A stretch of DNA of 24,000 nt from Thermodesulfobacteriota bacterium (GCA_034660135.1 JAYEIR010000165.1:16291-40290), one strand, 5' to 3'. Shown: positions 9,912 to 18,065, numbered from the stretch's first letter. Program-made: numbers and translations. The notes: generated from the letters alone by a model not told the origin.

Positions 9912-9926
9912 CAGCAATTCTAAAAC
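9912..9926 (-). repeat. Partial copy (copy 5) of the dispersed element core, reverse orientation
   Basis: CAGCAATTCTAA is the reverse complement of TTAGAATTGCTG (12 nt exact). It directly abuts a TTGACA box at 9927-9932. Confidence 0.6.
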
Positions 9927-10008
9927 TTGACAAAACAGAACGATTATATAATGTTAAAGATCCTGTTCTCTTAGAGGCCGCTTGTCAACTCTTAAACGGG
10001 GTGCCCTT

Positions 10009-10656
10009 ATGAAAGAAAATAGCAACTTTCCAGAAGACAGCAAAAATGAAGAGATTCTTGATCTTGGCTCCGAGGAAATGCCTCAAGGCGATACAACAAA
10101 TGCAAGTGGCGATTCCCCCAATGAAAAGGAGATCATTGATCTTGTCGATATTGTCGAGAAGGGGAAGCTGGTTCAAGATTCGGAATCTGATAAAACAGGC
10201 GAACTGTTTGATGAAGAGACCCTTCAAAGTCTTGAAAGAGTCCTCGATCATGAACCTGAAATGACAATATCATCTGAAGAAACAGATATCGATTTTGAAT
10301 TCCTGGAACAGGACACTGTGGGCATGACCCATGAAAAACCCGCAGAAAAAAGCAAATTTGATTTAAGCGACTTCATAGAACTTCAATCATCTGAGGCAGA
10401 TCTTGAAGTGCCGACAGCGGACATGGCGGCTGGACTTCCCATTGAAGATCTTAGCGATACACCGGATATTCCCAAAGTTGAATCCAAGGTGGAACTGGCA
10501 GGTATAACCGGGGAGAGAATTGAGGCTATCATTACCAAAGTGGTGCAGGATACTGTGGAGAGGGTAGCAAGGGAGGCCATGGCAACAGTTGCTGAGCAGG
10601 TAATTAAAGAAGCCATTGATGCGTTAAAGCAGAGCCTCGAATCTTCTCAGGATTGA
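10009..10656 (+). CDS. Highly acidic hypothetical protein with a conserved-looking C-terminal helical segment
   Basis: The ORF is long, with coding-like composition. It is very rich in D/E/S/T and low in hydrophobic residues until the C-terminal ERIEAIITKVVQDTVERVAREAMATVAEQVIKEAIDALKQSLE. The start is set at the first ATG (10009), because the ORF-track start is a TTG. A terminator follows. Confidence 0.6.
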   Translation: MKENSNFPEDSKNEEILDLGSEEMPQGDTTNASGDSPNEKEIIDLVDIVEKGKLVQDSESDKTGELFDEETLQSLERVLDHEPEMTISSEETDIDFEFLEQDTVGMTHEKPAEKSKFDLSDFIELQSSEADLEVPTADMAAGLPIEDLSDTPDIPKVESKVELAGITGERIEAIITKVVQDTVERVAREAMATVAEQVIKEAIDALKQSLESSQD

Positions 10657-10704
10657 TGTGCTATTTAAGAAACATTGGGAATCTGAAGGAAGTGGCTTTT
10701 ACAC

Positions 10705-10733
10705 GGGGTTGAGAACACTGCAACCCCTTTTTT
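10705..10733 (+). terminator. Rho-independent terminator after the acidic-protein gene
   Basis: GGGGTTG-AGAACACTG-CAACCCC forms a 7-bp stem and is followed by TTTTTTGTT. Confidence 0.7.
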
Positions 10734-10793
10734 GTTACATCCTGAGCCGGTTTCAAAAAGTCCGATGTTTACCTGATCATTAATACCACCTTA

Positions 10794-10936
10794 AAAATGC
10801 AATTAGCTGTTAGCTATTAGCTGCATAAAATGCAATTAGTTGCCAAGCAATACAGTTGCATCAAAAAATGCAAGTTTCAATTCAGCGTAAAGTTATACAA
10901 AGACTTGTAGTCTTTAAGCTAATGGCTAAAAGCTAA
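10794..10936. repeat. Structured repeat region upstream of valS (direct AAAATGCAATTAG boxes plus 21-nt imperfect inverted repeats)
   Basis: AAAATGCAATTAG occurs at ~10795 and ~10827, with the variant AAAATGCAAGTTT at ~10865. TTAGCTGTTAGCTATTAGCTG (10803-10823) pairs with AAGCTAATGGCTAAAAGCTAA (10916-10936), complementary at 18 of 21 positions. There is also an internal hairpin AAAGACT-TGT-AGTCTTT at 10899-10915. Confidence 0.75.
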
Positions 10937-11009
10937 CCGCACAGGTAGAAAGCTGTTACAGAACTTACGACTTCAAGTCAGCAAATCTGCTTTAAGGAAT
11001 TTTATATAA

Positions 11010-13661
11010 ATGAAAAATGAAATCATGACCAAGGGTTATGAACCTAAAGATGTGGAAGATAGATTGTATGAGTACTGGGAAAAGAACAATTTGTTTGTGG
11101 CGGATGCCCGTTCTGATGATGACCCGTTTTGTATTGTGATTCCACCTCCTAATGTGACTGGTACCTTGCACATGGGGCATGCCCTGAACAATACCCTCCA
11201 GGATATTCTCTGCCGCTATAAAAGGATGAAGGGATACAATGTGCTGTGGCAACCAGGCACCGACCATGCCGGTATTGCTACGCAAAATGTTGTTGAAAAG
11301 GACCTCACTTCAAAAGGAACCGACCGCCATGCCGTAGGCCGGGAAAAATTTGTGGGGATGGTCTGGGAATGGCGGGAGAAGTACGGCGGATTGATCATCA
11401 ATCAGTTGAAGAGGTTAGGGTGTTCGTGCGATTGGACCAGGGAACGCTTTACTATGGATAAGGGTCTTTCCGAGGCAGTCAGGGAAGTTTTTGTAAGTCT
11501 GTATGAGGAAGGACTTATTTACAGGGGTGATTATATTATCAACTGGTGCCCCCGGTGTCATACGGCCCTGGCTGAACTTGAGGTGGAACATGAGGAGACA
11601 GAGAGCCACCTGTATTATATTCGCTATCCGTTTGAAAAACATGACGGCCACCTCGTAGTTGCCACCACGCGGCCCGAAACCCTGCTGGGCGATACTGCTG
11701 TGGCTGTAAACCCGGAAGATAAACGTTACAAGGATTTATCAGGAGCTAATGTGCTCTTGCCTGTTCTTAATAAGCCGATTCCTGTTATCTTTGACAAATA
11801 TGTGGATACTGAATTCGGTACAGGGGCCTTGAAGATCACGCCGGCCCATGACCCTAATGACTTTGAAATTGGTAATATCCACAAACTGGAGAGAATCAAG
11901 GTCATTGATGAAGATGGGAAAATGAATGGTCAGGCAGGACCTTATGAGGGCTTAGACAGATTTGAGTGCCGCAAACGCATCTTAGATGATCTTGACGAGG
12001 CAGGCCTGTTGGAAAAAATAGAGCCCTACCGCAATGCTATCGGCCACTGTTACCGGTGCAAGACCATGATCGAACCGCTTCTCTCAAAGCAATGGTTTGT
12101 CAAGGTTAGCCCGCTTGCCGAAGAAGCAATGCAGGCCGTTAAGGAAGGCAAGACGAGGATACACCCTGCAAACTGGGAAACAGTCTATTTTGAGTGGATG
12201 AAAAACATCAGGGACTGGTGTGTTTCGAGACAGATCTGGTGGGGACACCGTATCCCTGCCTGGTACTGCCGGGAATGTGGGGAGGTCAGTGTGGCGAAGG
12301 TGGAGCCCTCAAATTGCAAGGCGTGCCAAAGTGACAACCTTGTGCAAGAAACAGATGTCCTTGATACGTGGTTTAGTTCAGCCCTGTGGCCTTTTTCCAC
12401 GCTGGGCTGGCCCCTGTTGACCAGGGAACTCAAGACGTTCTACCCTACCTCGGCTCTTGTAACCGGTTTTGATATCCTGTTTTTCTGGGTAGCGAGGATG
12501 ATGATGATGGGCCTCCATTTCATGGGTGATGTCCCTTTTAAGGACGTCTATATCCATGCCCTGGTCAGAGATGCAGAAGGCAAGAAGATGAGCAAGTCCA
12601 AAGGAAACGTTATTGATCCCCTTGTGATAATGGACGAATTCGGAACCGACGCATTCCGCTTTACCCTGGCAGCCATGGCGGCCCAGGGCAGGGATATCAA
12701 GCTTTCCGAAGAAAGGATAACAGGCTACCGGCATTTCGTTAACAAACTTTGGAATGCAGCAAGGCTGGTTCTCATAAATCTTGATTCCAAAGGGAATCTA
12801 AAGGTGAATGAGAGGATTTACAGCCTGCCTGACCTCTGGATATTGACGCGAATCGGGCAGGTCAGCGAAGATTTCTCACGTGCCATTGATGAATATCGCT
12901 TCAATGATGCTGCCGGCCTTTGTTATGATTTTGTCTGGCACGAGTTCTGTGACTGGTATCTTGAGATGGCCAAACAGGGCCTTTATGGAGCCGACCAGAC
13001 ACTCAGGGACTCGACCATGGCCACTGCCCAGGAGGTCCTGACAGCAGCCCTGAAGCTTCTACACCCATTTATGCCTTTTGTGACAGAAGAGATCTGGCAG
13101 AAGCTACCGGAAACACGGGGCAGTATCATGACAGCCAAATTCCCTGAGCCGGCTGATTTCGCGAGTGATGAAGATTCTATAGAGAAAATGGGTCTACTGA
13201 TGGGGTGCATCACCGGAATTCGTAATATCCGTGGCGAGATGAACATATCTCCTTCGACCAGGGTCAAGGTTGTCCTTGACGTGCATCAAGAGGACGAAGC
13301 TGATGTCTTACGCGATAATCTGGGCCATATACAGGCACTTGCCAAGGCAGAAGAAATAACCATCGGTTTTGGAATACCAAAGCCCGAAGGTTCTGCATCC
13401 GTGGTGTTTGGACATAACCAGGCACATGTAGTACTAAAAGGGCTTTTGGACTTTGAGCAAGAAAGAGAAAGAATAAGAAAAGAGATCGTGAAGATTGAAA
13501 AGGACATCAGCGCTTCCAACAAAAAACTCTCTAACAAGGGGTTCCTCAAGAAGGCCCCGGCTGAAATAGTAGCCAAGGTCAGGGAAAAGGTCGAGACCCT
13601 GTCCATAAAACTGACAAAACTGAATCAGAATCTATCTTTTTTTGAGGCGATCGATGATTGA
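11010..13661 (+). CDS. valS: Valine--tRNA ligase
   Basis: The 883-aa product has the class I HIGH motif (PPPNVTGTLHMGHA), KMSKS (KKMSKSKGN), a CP1 editing-domain region and a C-terminal coiled coil. Confidence 0.98.
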   Translation: MKNEIMTKGYEPKDVEDRLYEYWEKNNLFVADARSDDDPFCIVIPPPNVTGTLHMGHALNNTLQDILCRYKRMKGYNVLWQPGTDHAGIATQNVVEKDLTSKGTDRHAVGREKFVGMVWEWREKYGGLIINQLKRLGCSCDWTRERFTMDKGLSEAVREVFVSLYEEGLIYRGDYIINWCPRCHTALAELEVEHEETESHLYYIRYPFEKHDGHLVVATTRPETLLGDTAVAVNPEDKRYKDLSGANVLLPVLNKPIPVIFDKYVDTEFGTGALKITPAHDPNDFEIGNIHKLERIKVIDEDGKMNGQAGPYEGLDRFECRKRILDDLDEAGLLEKIEPYRNAIGHCYRCKTMIEPLLSKQWFVKVSPLAEEAMQAVKEGKTRIHPANWETVYFEWMKNIRDWCVSRQIWWGHRIPAWYCRECGEVSVAKVEPSNCKACQSDNLVQETDVLDTWFSSALWPFSTLGWPLLTRELKTFYPTSALVTGFDILFFWVARMMMMGLHFMGDVPFKDVYIHALVRDAEGKKMSKSKGNVIDPLVIMDEFGTDAFRFTLAAMAAQGRDIKLSEERITGYRHFVNKLWNAARLVLINLDSKGNLKVNERIYSLPDLWILTRIGQVSEDFSRAIDEYRFNDAAGLCYDFVWHEFCDWYLEMAKQGLYGADQTLRDSTMATAQEVLTAALKLLHPFMPFVTEEIWQKLPETRGSIMTAKFPEPADFASDEDSIEKMGLLMGCITGIRNIRGEMNISPSTRVKVVLDVHQEDEADVLRDNLGHIQALAKAEEITIGFGIPKPEGSASVVFGHNQAHVVLKGLLDFEQERERIRKEIVKIEKDISASNKKLSNKGFLKKAPAEIVAKVREKVETLSIKLTKLNQNLSFFEAIDD

Positions 13662-14523
13662 AAACCTCCTTTCACTGATGCCTGTGATTCGTTCTGCCCT
13701 TGATGAAGATCTTGGCCCTGGCGATATTACCACCAATGCCATTATCGACTCTGAAATAACCGGTTTGGCAGTTCTTATTGCCCGGGAGGAACTGGTCCTT
13801 GCCGGGCTCCCGGTGTTTGAGACGGTCTTCCTGGAAATAAGTCCCCGGATGGAGTTTGAAAGATATTTCCAGGAAGGGGACATCGTCCCGGCAGGAGCGC
13901 GAGTTTGCTCTATAACCGGCCCCTTATCACATATCCTTAAGGCAGAGAGAACTGCGCTCAACTTTTTGCAGCGAATGAGCGGCATTGCCACATTGACGAG
14001 GCAATATGTGGAAAAGGTGAGGCCCTATAAAGCCATGATTCTGGATACAAGAAAGACAGCCCCGGGCATCAGATCGTTTGACAAGTATGCGGTCCGAACA
14101 GGGGGAGGACTTAACCATCGTTTCGGCCTGTTTGACGGTGTTTTGATCAAAGACAATCATATTGTCGCAGCAGGCTCCATTTCAAGGGCAATTCAACTCG
14201 CCAAAAAAGGCGTACCGCACACACTAAAAATAGAAGTGGAAGTGGAAGATATGGCCGGTGTAGAAGAGGCCTTGCAGGCGGGTGCTGACGTTATTCTGCT
14301 TGATAACATGCCTCCTGAACAGATGACCAGGGCGGTTCAGTTGGCAAGTGGCAGGGTCATGATAGAGGCATCAGGGGGGATTTCTCTTGATACTGTCACG
14401 GGTGTGGCAAAATGCGGTGTGGACCTGATTTCAGTGGGCGCGTTGACCCATTCTCCAAGGGCGGCTGATTTCAGTCTGGAAATTCTCTCTAAGAACAACG
14501 AGGTTCCTCCCGGCTCTGCGTGA
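13654..14523 (+). CDS. nadC: Nicotinate-nucleotide pyrophosphorylase (quinolinate phosphoribosyltransferase)
   Basis: It contains ERTALNFLQRMSGIAT, ILDTRKTAPGIR, KYAVRTGGGLNHRFGLFDGVLIKDNH, ILLDNM and EASGGI. The start is set at ATG 13654, which overlaps the valS stop (ATGATTGA). The ORF-track start at 13642 is a TTG. Confidence 0.93.
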   Translation: MIENLLSLMPVIRSALDEDLGPGDITTNAIIDSEITGLAVLIAREELVLAGLPVFETVFLEISPRMEFERYFQEGDIVPAGARVCSITGPLSHILKAERTALNFLQRMSGIATLTRQYVEKVRPYKAMILDTRKTAPGIRSFDKYAVRTGGGLNHRFGLFDGVLIKDNHIVAAGSISRAIQLAKKGVPHTLKIEVEVEDMAGVEEALQAGADVILLDNMPPEQMTRAVQLASGRVMIEASGGISLDTVTGVAKCGVDLISVGALTHSPRAADFSLEILSKNNEVPPGSA

Positions 14524-14675
14524 AAGATGCGAAGAATCACTGCCTATCCGGGAGCAGCGCTCAGGCACTATTTAGTCCTCCCCGAACTATCAACCCCGCC
14601 ATAATAAACCACACAAAAGCAATCCGTGTTGCCTTCATTATGAAATGAGCTAAGATCGAAAACACCAACTTTGCA

Positions 14676-14704
14676 TTGACATCTGCCAGGCCCTGTTTTA
14701 CTGA
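14676..14704 (+). promoter_or_regulatory. Candidate promoter for the TolC-like gene (TTGACA-N17-TACTGA) carrying the shared 16-mer
   Basis: TTGACATCTGCCAGGC (14676-14691) matches 1908-1923 at 15 of 16 positions. The -10 box is weak. Confidence 0.3.
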
Positions 14705-14742
14705 ATGGTTACAATATTTGCTAACACATGGAGGGATAAGAC

Positions 14743-16080
14743 ATGAAGTTTAGAGCTTCATTGATTCTCATATGTTCGGCCTTTTTCCTGTCTACAATTT
14801 ACCAAACGAGTGAGAGCTTTGCGCAAGGGACGAAGGTCTACACACTGGAAGACAGTATTGCAGAGGCCCTGGCAAATAACTGGTCTCTTAAGGCAAAGGA
14901 GGAAAAACTCAACGAAGCGGCCTTTGTCAAAGACCAGGCCAGGGCCGAATTCCTGCCCAAATTGAGCACGTCTTATGGTTATACCCTGTTGAGCAAAAAT
15001 TCGAGAATACTCAAAGCCAATATCCCTGGGATGGGGGATGAGCCAATCGAGGTAGCCGCCAAGAACAATTATCAGTGGAAAGGCACTGTGACCCAGCCCG
15101 TCTTTACCGGATTTGCCTTGAAAAGTTCTTATGAGCTTGCAAAACTCGGAGTTGACCAATCCCAGATGGAGCTTGATCTTGAAAGGCTTGACCTGATCTT
15201 TAGAGTCAAAGAGGCCTATTATGACATCCTGGAGGCGGATAAGGCCCTGGATGTGGCCGAGAAAGCCGTGGAATCCCTGGAATCTCATGCCAATACGGCG
15301 CGCAGTTTCTATGAAGTGGGTATGACTCCAATTAATGATCTCTTGAGGTCGGAAGTGGAGTTAGGTGACGCAAAGCAGGAGTTGGTAAAGGCTGAACACG
15401 ATGCTCGTATGGCCCGTTCCGTATTTAATACCATCTTGGCCAGACCGGTCAATGCACCTGCAGAGGTGGATGATAGACTGGTTTTTGTGCCGGAACGAGG
15501 GGATTTTCAAGATTACCTCCAAAAGGCCTTTACGAACCGCCCTGAAATGAAGCTCATGGAAATCAATATCCTTCAATCAGAGCAGCAGATAAGGCTGGCT
15601 AAAAGCAAATATTACCCGGAAGTATCGCTTCAATACGACTATATCAAGGCAGGGGATACGCCGAACGTCTCTGGCAGCGAATTTCACGAGGCAAGCAGTT
15701 GGGAGGCCGCTGCTGTCTGTTCATGGACTTTTTGGGAATGGGGAAAGACACATTACGCGGTAAAAGAGAAAGAAAGCATCAGAAAGCAACTGACCAAAAT
15801 CAAGGAAGATCTGGAGAATAAAATAAGGCTTGAATTGAAGCGGGCACTTTTAGTCCTGGAAGCGGCAGAAAAGAACATTCCCACTACAAAGAAAGCGGTT
15901 GAGCAGGGCGAGGAGAACTTACGCGTCAATGAGGAACGTTATCGTGCGCAGGTAACCACTTCCACCGAGGTCCTTGATGCCCAGAGGCTCCTGAGCCAGG
16001 CAAGAATGAACTACTACCATGCACTTTACGCCCACTACATGGCCAAGGCCGGATTGCAGTGGGCCATAGGGTCATATTAG
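14743..16080 (+). CDS. TolC-family outer-membrane efflux protein
   Basis: It has a signal peptide (MKFRASLILICSAFFLSTIYQTSESFAQ), a length of ~445 aa, two-fold repeated helical/coiled segments and a C-terminal Y..Y..A.A.L..A.G pattern typical of OEP/TolC proteins. This is a family-level call only. Confidence 0.8.
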   Translation: MKFRASLILICSAFFLSTIYQTSESFAQGTKVYTLEDSIAEALANNWSLKAKEEKLNEAAFVKDQARAEFLPKLSTSYGYTLLSKNSRILKANIPGMGDEPIEVAAKNNYQWKGTVTQPVFTGFALKSSYELAKLGVDQSQMELDLERLDLIFRVKEAYYDILEADKALDVAEKAVESLESHANTARSFYEVGMTPINDLLRSEVELGDAKQELVKAEHDARMARSVFNTILARPVNAPAEVDDRLVFVPERGDFQDYLQKAFTNRPEMKLMEINILQSEQQIRLAKSKYYPEVSLQYDYIKAGDTPNVSGSEFHEASSWEAAAVCSWTFWEWGKTHYAVKEKESIRKQLTKIKEDLENKIRLELKRALLVLEAAEKNIPTTKKAVEQGEENLRVNEERYRAQVTTSTEVLDAQRLLSQARMNYYHALYAHYMAKAGLQWAIGSY

Positions 16081-16237
16081 TACCTTATTTCCAGGTTTTC
16101 TGTCATGAAAAACAAGAAAATCTTTAACAGGTCGAGCAGTCGAGTGGCGAAGCTTGAAACTCGAAACCGGAGGTTTAAAGCCCAGAGTCCGACACCCGAC
16201 AACCAATAACTGATAACTGATAACTGATAACTGATAA
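16077..16237 (+). repeat. ~160-nt intergenic repeat, copy A (partner 23137-23286)
   Basis: It aligns end to end with copy B. There are 2 mismatches in the first 60 nt, then identical blocks of 31 and 24 nt. The only other differences are indels of whole 7-8-nt micro-repeat units. Confidence 0.95.
16207..16237 (+). repeat. TAACTGA heptamer direct repeat, 4 full units plus TAA
   Basis: TAACTGA occurs at 16207, 16214, 16221 and 16228, followed by TAA. The array ends 26 nt upstream of the ftsE ATG. Confidence 0.97.
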
Positions 16238-16263
16238 AGGTTTTTTAAGAGAATAGCATAGGA

Positions 16264-16920
16264 ATGATACAGTTATTTCACGTTTTTCGAAATTTCGGTT
16301 CTAATGTCGCCTTGAGTGATATGGACTTGATAGTTGGCAGGGGCGAGTTTGTTTTTGTGACAGGACCCAGCGGCGCAGGAAAGACGACGCTGCTCAGACT
16401 GATCTTTGGTACTGAAAAACCTACAAGTGGTCACATATTAATCAACGGTATCAACCTCAACCGCATCAGTCGATCAAAACTCGATTTACTGCGCCGGGGT
16501 ATAGGTTTTGTTTTTCAGGACTTCAAATTATTGCCCAGGAAGACGATCTCTGAAAATGTGGCACTTGCTCTCGAGGTGACCGGCATGCGCCGGAGCTTTA
16601 TCCGAAAAAAAACCCACCAGTCGCTGAGGTTGGTGGGACTGGCAGAAAAGGAGAATGCCTTCCCCCTTTCTCTGTCCGGCGGGGAGCAGCAAAGGGTGGC
16701 TATTGCCAGGGCCATTGTGAACGACCCCATGATTCTTCTCGCCGATGAACCCACAGGAAACCTGGATTCGAGTCTCACAAAGGACATAATGGTACTTTTC
16801 AGAAGCATCAACCTGAAAGGCGCCACTGTGGTTGTTGCCACACACAGCCAGGAACTCCTCAGAGAAACAGGACAAAGGACAATTTCTTTGAACAAGGGAA
16901 GAATTGTCGGTGAAAAATGA
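16264..16920 (+). CDS. ftsE: Cell-division ABC transporter ATP-binding protein FtsE
   Basis: It has Walker A (GPSGAGKTT), the ABC signature (LSGGEQQRVAIARA) and Walker B (ILLADEPTGNLD). It is ~218 aa and translationally coupled to ftsX through an ATGA overlap. Confidence 0.9.
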   Translation: MIQLFHVFRNFGSNVALSDMDLIVGRGEFVFVTGPSGAGKTTLLRLIFGTEKPTSGHILINGINLNRISRSKLDLLRRGIGFVFQDFKLLPRKTISENVALALEVTGMRRSFIRKKTHQSLRLVGLAEKENAFPLSLSGGEQQRVAIARAIVNDPMILLADEPTGNLDSSLTKDIMVLFRSINLKGATVVVATHSQELLRETGQRTISLNKGRIVGEK

Positions 16921-17828
16921 GATTCAGGCTCTGTTGCTATTTCATCAAACAGGCATTGATAAATGTGATCAGCAACCGGGTTGTTCATGTCATCTGCCTC
17001 GGCACCATGGTCATATCAATGCTCATGTTGGCTGCTTTTCTTCTCCTGTTTGTCAACCTTAACTCATGGCTTCAGGAATGTGGGCACTCTTTGTCCATAT
17101 CTGTTTACCTCCAAGATGGAATCAGTAAAAACACAACGAATAGAATCGCCTCTGCCATCAAAGACCTGCCGGCTGTTGAAATAAAGAGCTTTGTTTCCAA
17201 AGATTCAGCATTAAAGGATCTGAAAAGATTTTTGGGGGCTCAGGCAGGCCTTATTGAAGGCCTGTCCAACAACCCGCTTCCAGCCTCTTTTGAGCTGGTT
17301 TTCAGGGATGTGGAAGGCCAACACTCAGATCTTCAAGAAATAAAAGGAGACCTCGAAAAAATTGAGGGCGTTGACGAAGTTCAGTACAGCAAAGAGAGAC
17401 TTAAACAGTTTGAAGGTCTATCAAGCATTGTCAGGACGTTCGGGCTTGTTGTTGGAGGCCTTCTTTGCACTGGAGTCCTCTTCATTGTCACCAATACGAT
17501 AAAACTGACCATCTATTCACGTCGACATGAAATTGAAATCCTGAAACTCGTTGGAGCCACTGATTGGTTTGTCAAGATACCTTTTCTGTTGGAAGGGGCG
17601 ATACAGGGGGTTTCAAGCGGGGCCCTGGCCCTTTTGATCCTTTTTTTCGCATATTCTTTGCTCTGCGCTGAAAAGCTGCATTTCTTCACCATTGCTGTGC
17701 TGGAATTTACGTTCCTGCCCCAGGAATATATTTTTATGATCTTTTTCTTGAGCGTCGCATTAGGATTGCTTGGCAGTTTTATTGCCACAGGCCGCTTTAT
17801 CTCAATAAGCCGTTTTTTTGACTTATGA
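16917..17828 (+). CDS. ftsX: Cell-division permease-like protein FtsX
   Basis: It overlaps ftsE by 4 nt. It has one N-terminal TM segment, a ~100-aa periplasmic loop and three C-terminal TM segments, which is the FtsX topology. The start of the C-terminal block, IEILKLVGATDWF, is FtsX-like. Confidence 0.85.
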   Translation: MRFRLCCYFIKQALINVISNRVVHVICLGTMVISMLMLAAFLLLFVNLNSWLQECGHSLSISVYLQDGISKNTTNRIASAIKDLPAVEIKSFVSKDSALKDLKRFLGAQAGLIEGLSNNPLPASFELVFRDVEGQHSDLQEIKGDLEKIEGVDEVQYSKERLKQFEGLSSIVRTFGLVVGGLLCTGVLFIVTNTIKLTIYSRRHEIEILKLVGATDWFVKIPFLLEGAIQGVSSGALALLILFFAYSLLCAEKLHFFTIAVLEFTFLPQEYIFMIFFLSVALGLLGSFIATGRFISISRFFDL

Positions 17829-18021
17829 TAGAGGCAGTCGAATGACAACAGGTCTGATTTCAGACAGCCTCCAAGTTCCATGTTCCAGACCCGCCTGCCT
17901 CGCCTGTCATGTACGGAACGGGCATATCCCAAGAGGTCGGCAATGGAGGGCAGGTTTGTGGGGATGTGGAAGCAGTCGATTTTCCCATACAAAACGTTTA
18001 CAAAATGATGTGATAAGAATG

Positions 18022-18053
18022 CAACCTTTGAACCTCTGAACCTTTGAACCCGT
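18022..18053 (+). repeat. Tandem 8-mer (GAACCYYT-like) x4, immediately upstream of envC
   Basis: The units are CAACCTTT, GAACCTCT, GAACCTTT and GAACCCGT at 18022-18053. The envC ATG is at 18066. Confidence 0.9.
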
Positions 18054-18065
18054 GATCGGTTACAC

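Noticed and set aside
16105-16209. 34-codon ORF (MKNKKIFNRSSSRVAKLETRNRRFKAQSPTPDNQ) inside the 160-nt repeat, also starting at 23165 in copy B
   Set aside because: The 8-nt indel between the copies shifts the frame after codon 11 and gives an unrelated, shorter peptide. There is no SD. Conservation is therefore at the nucleotide level.
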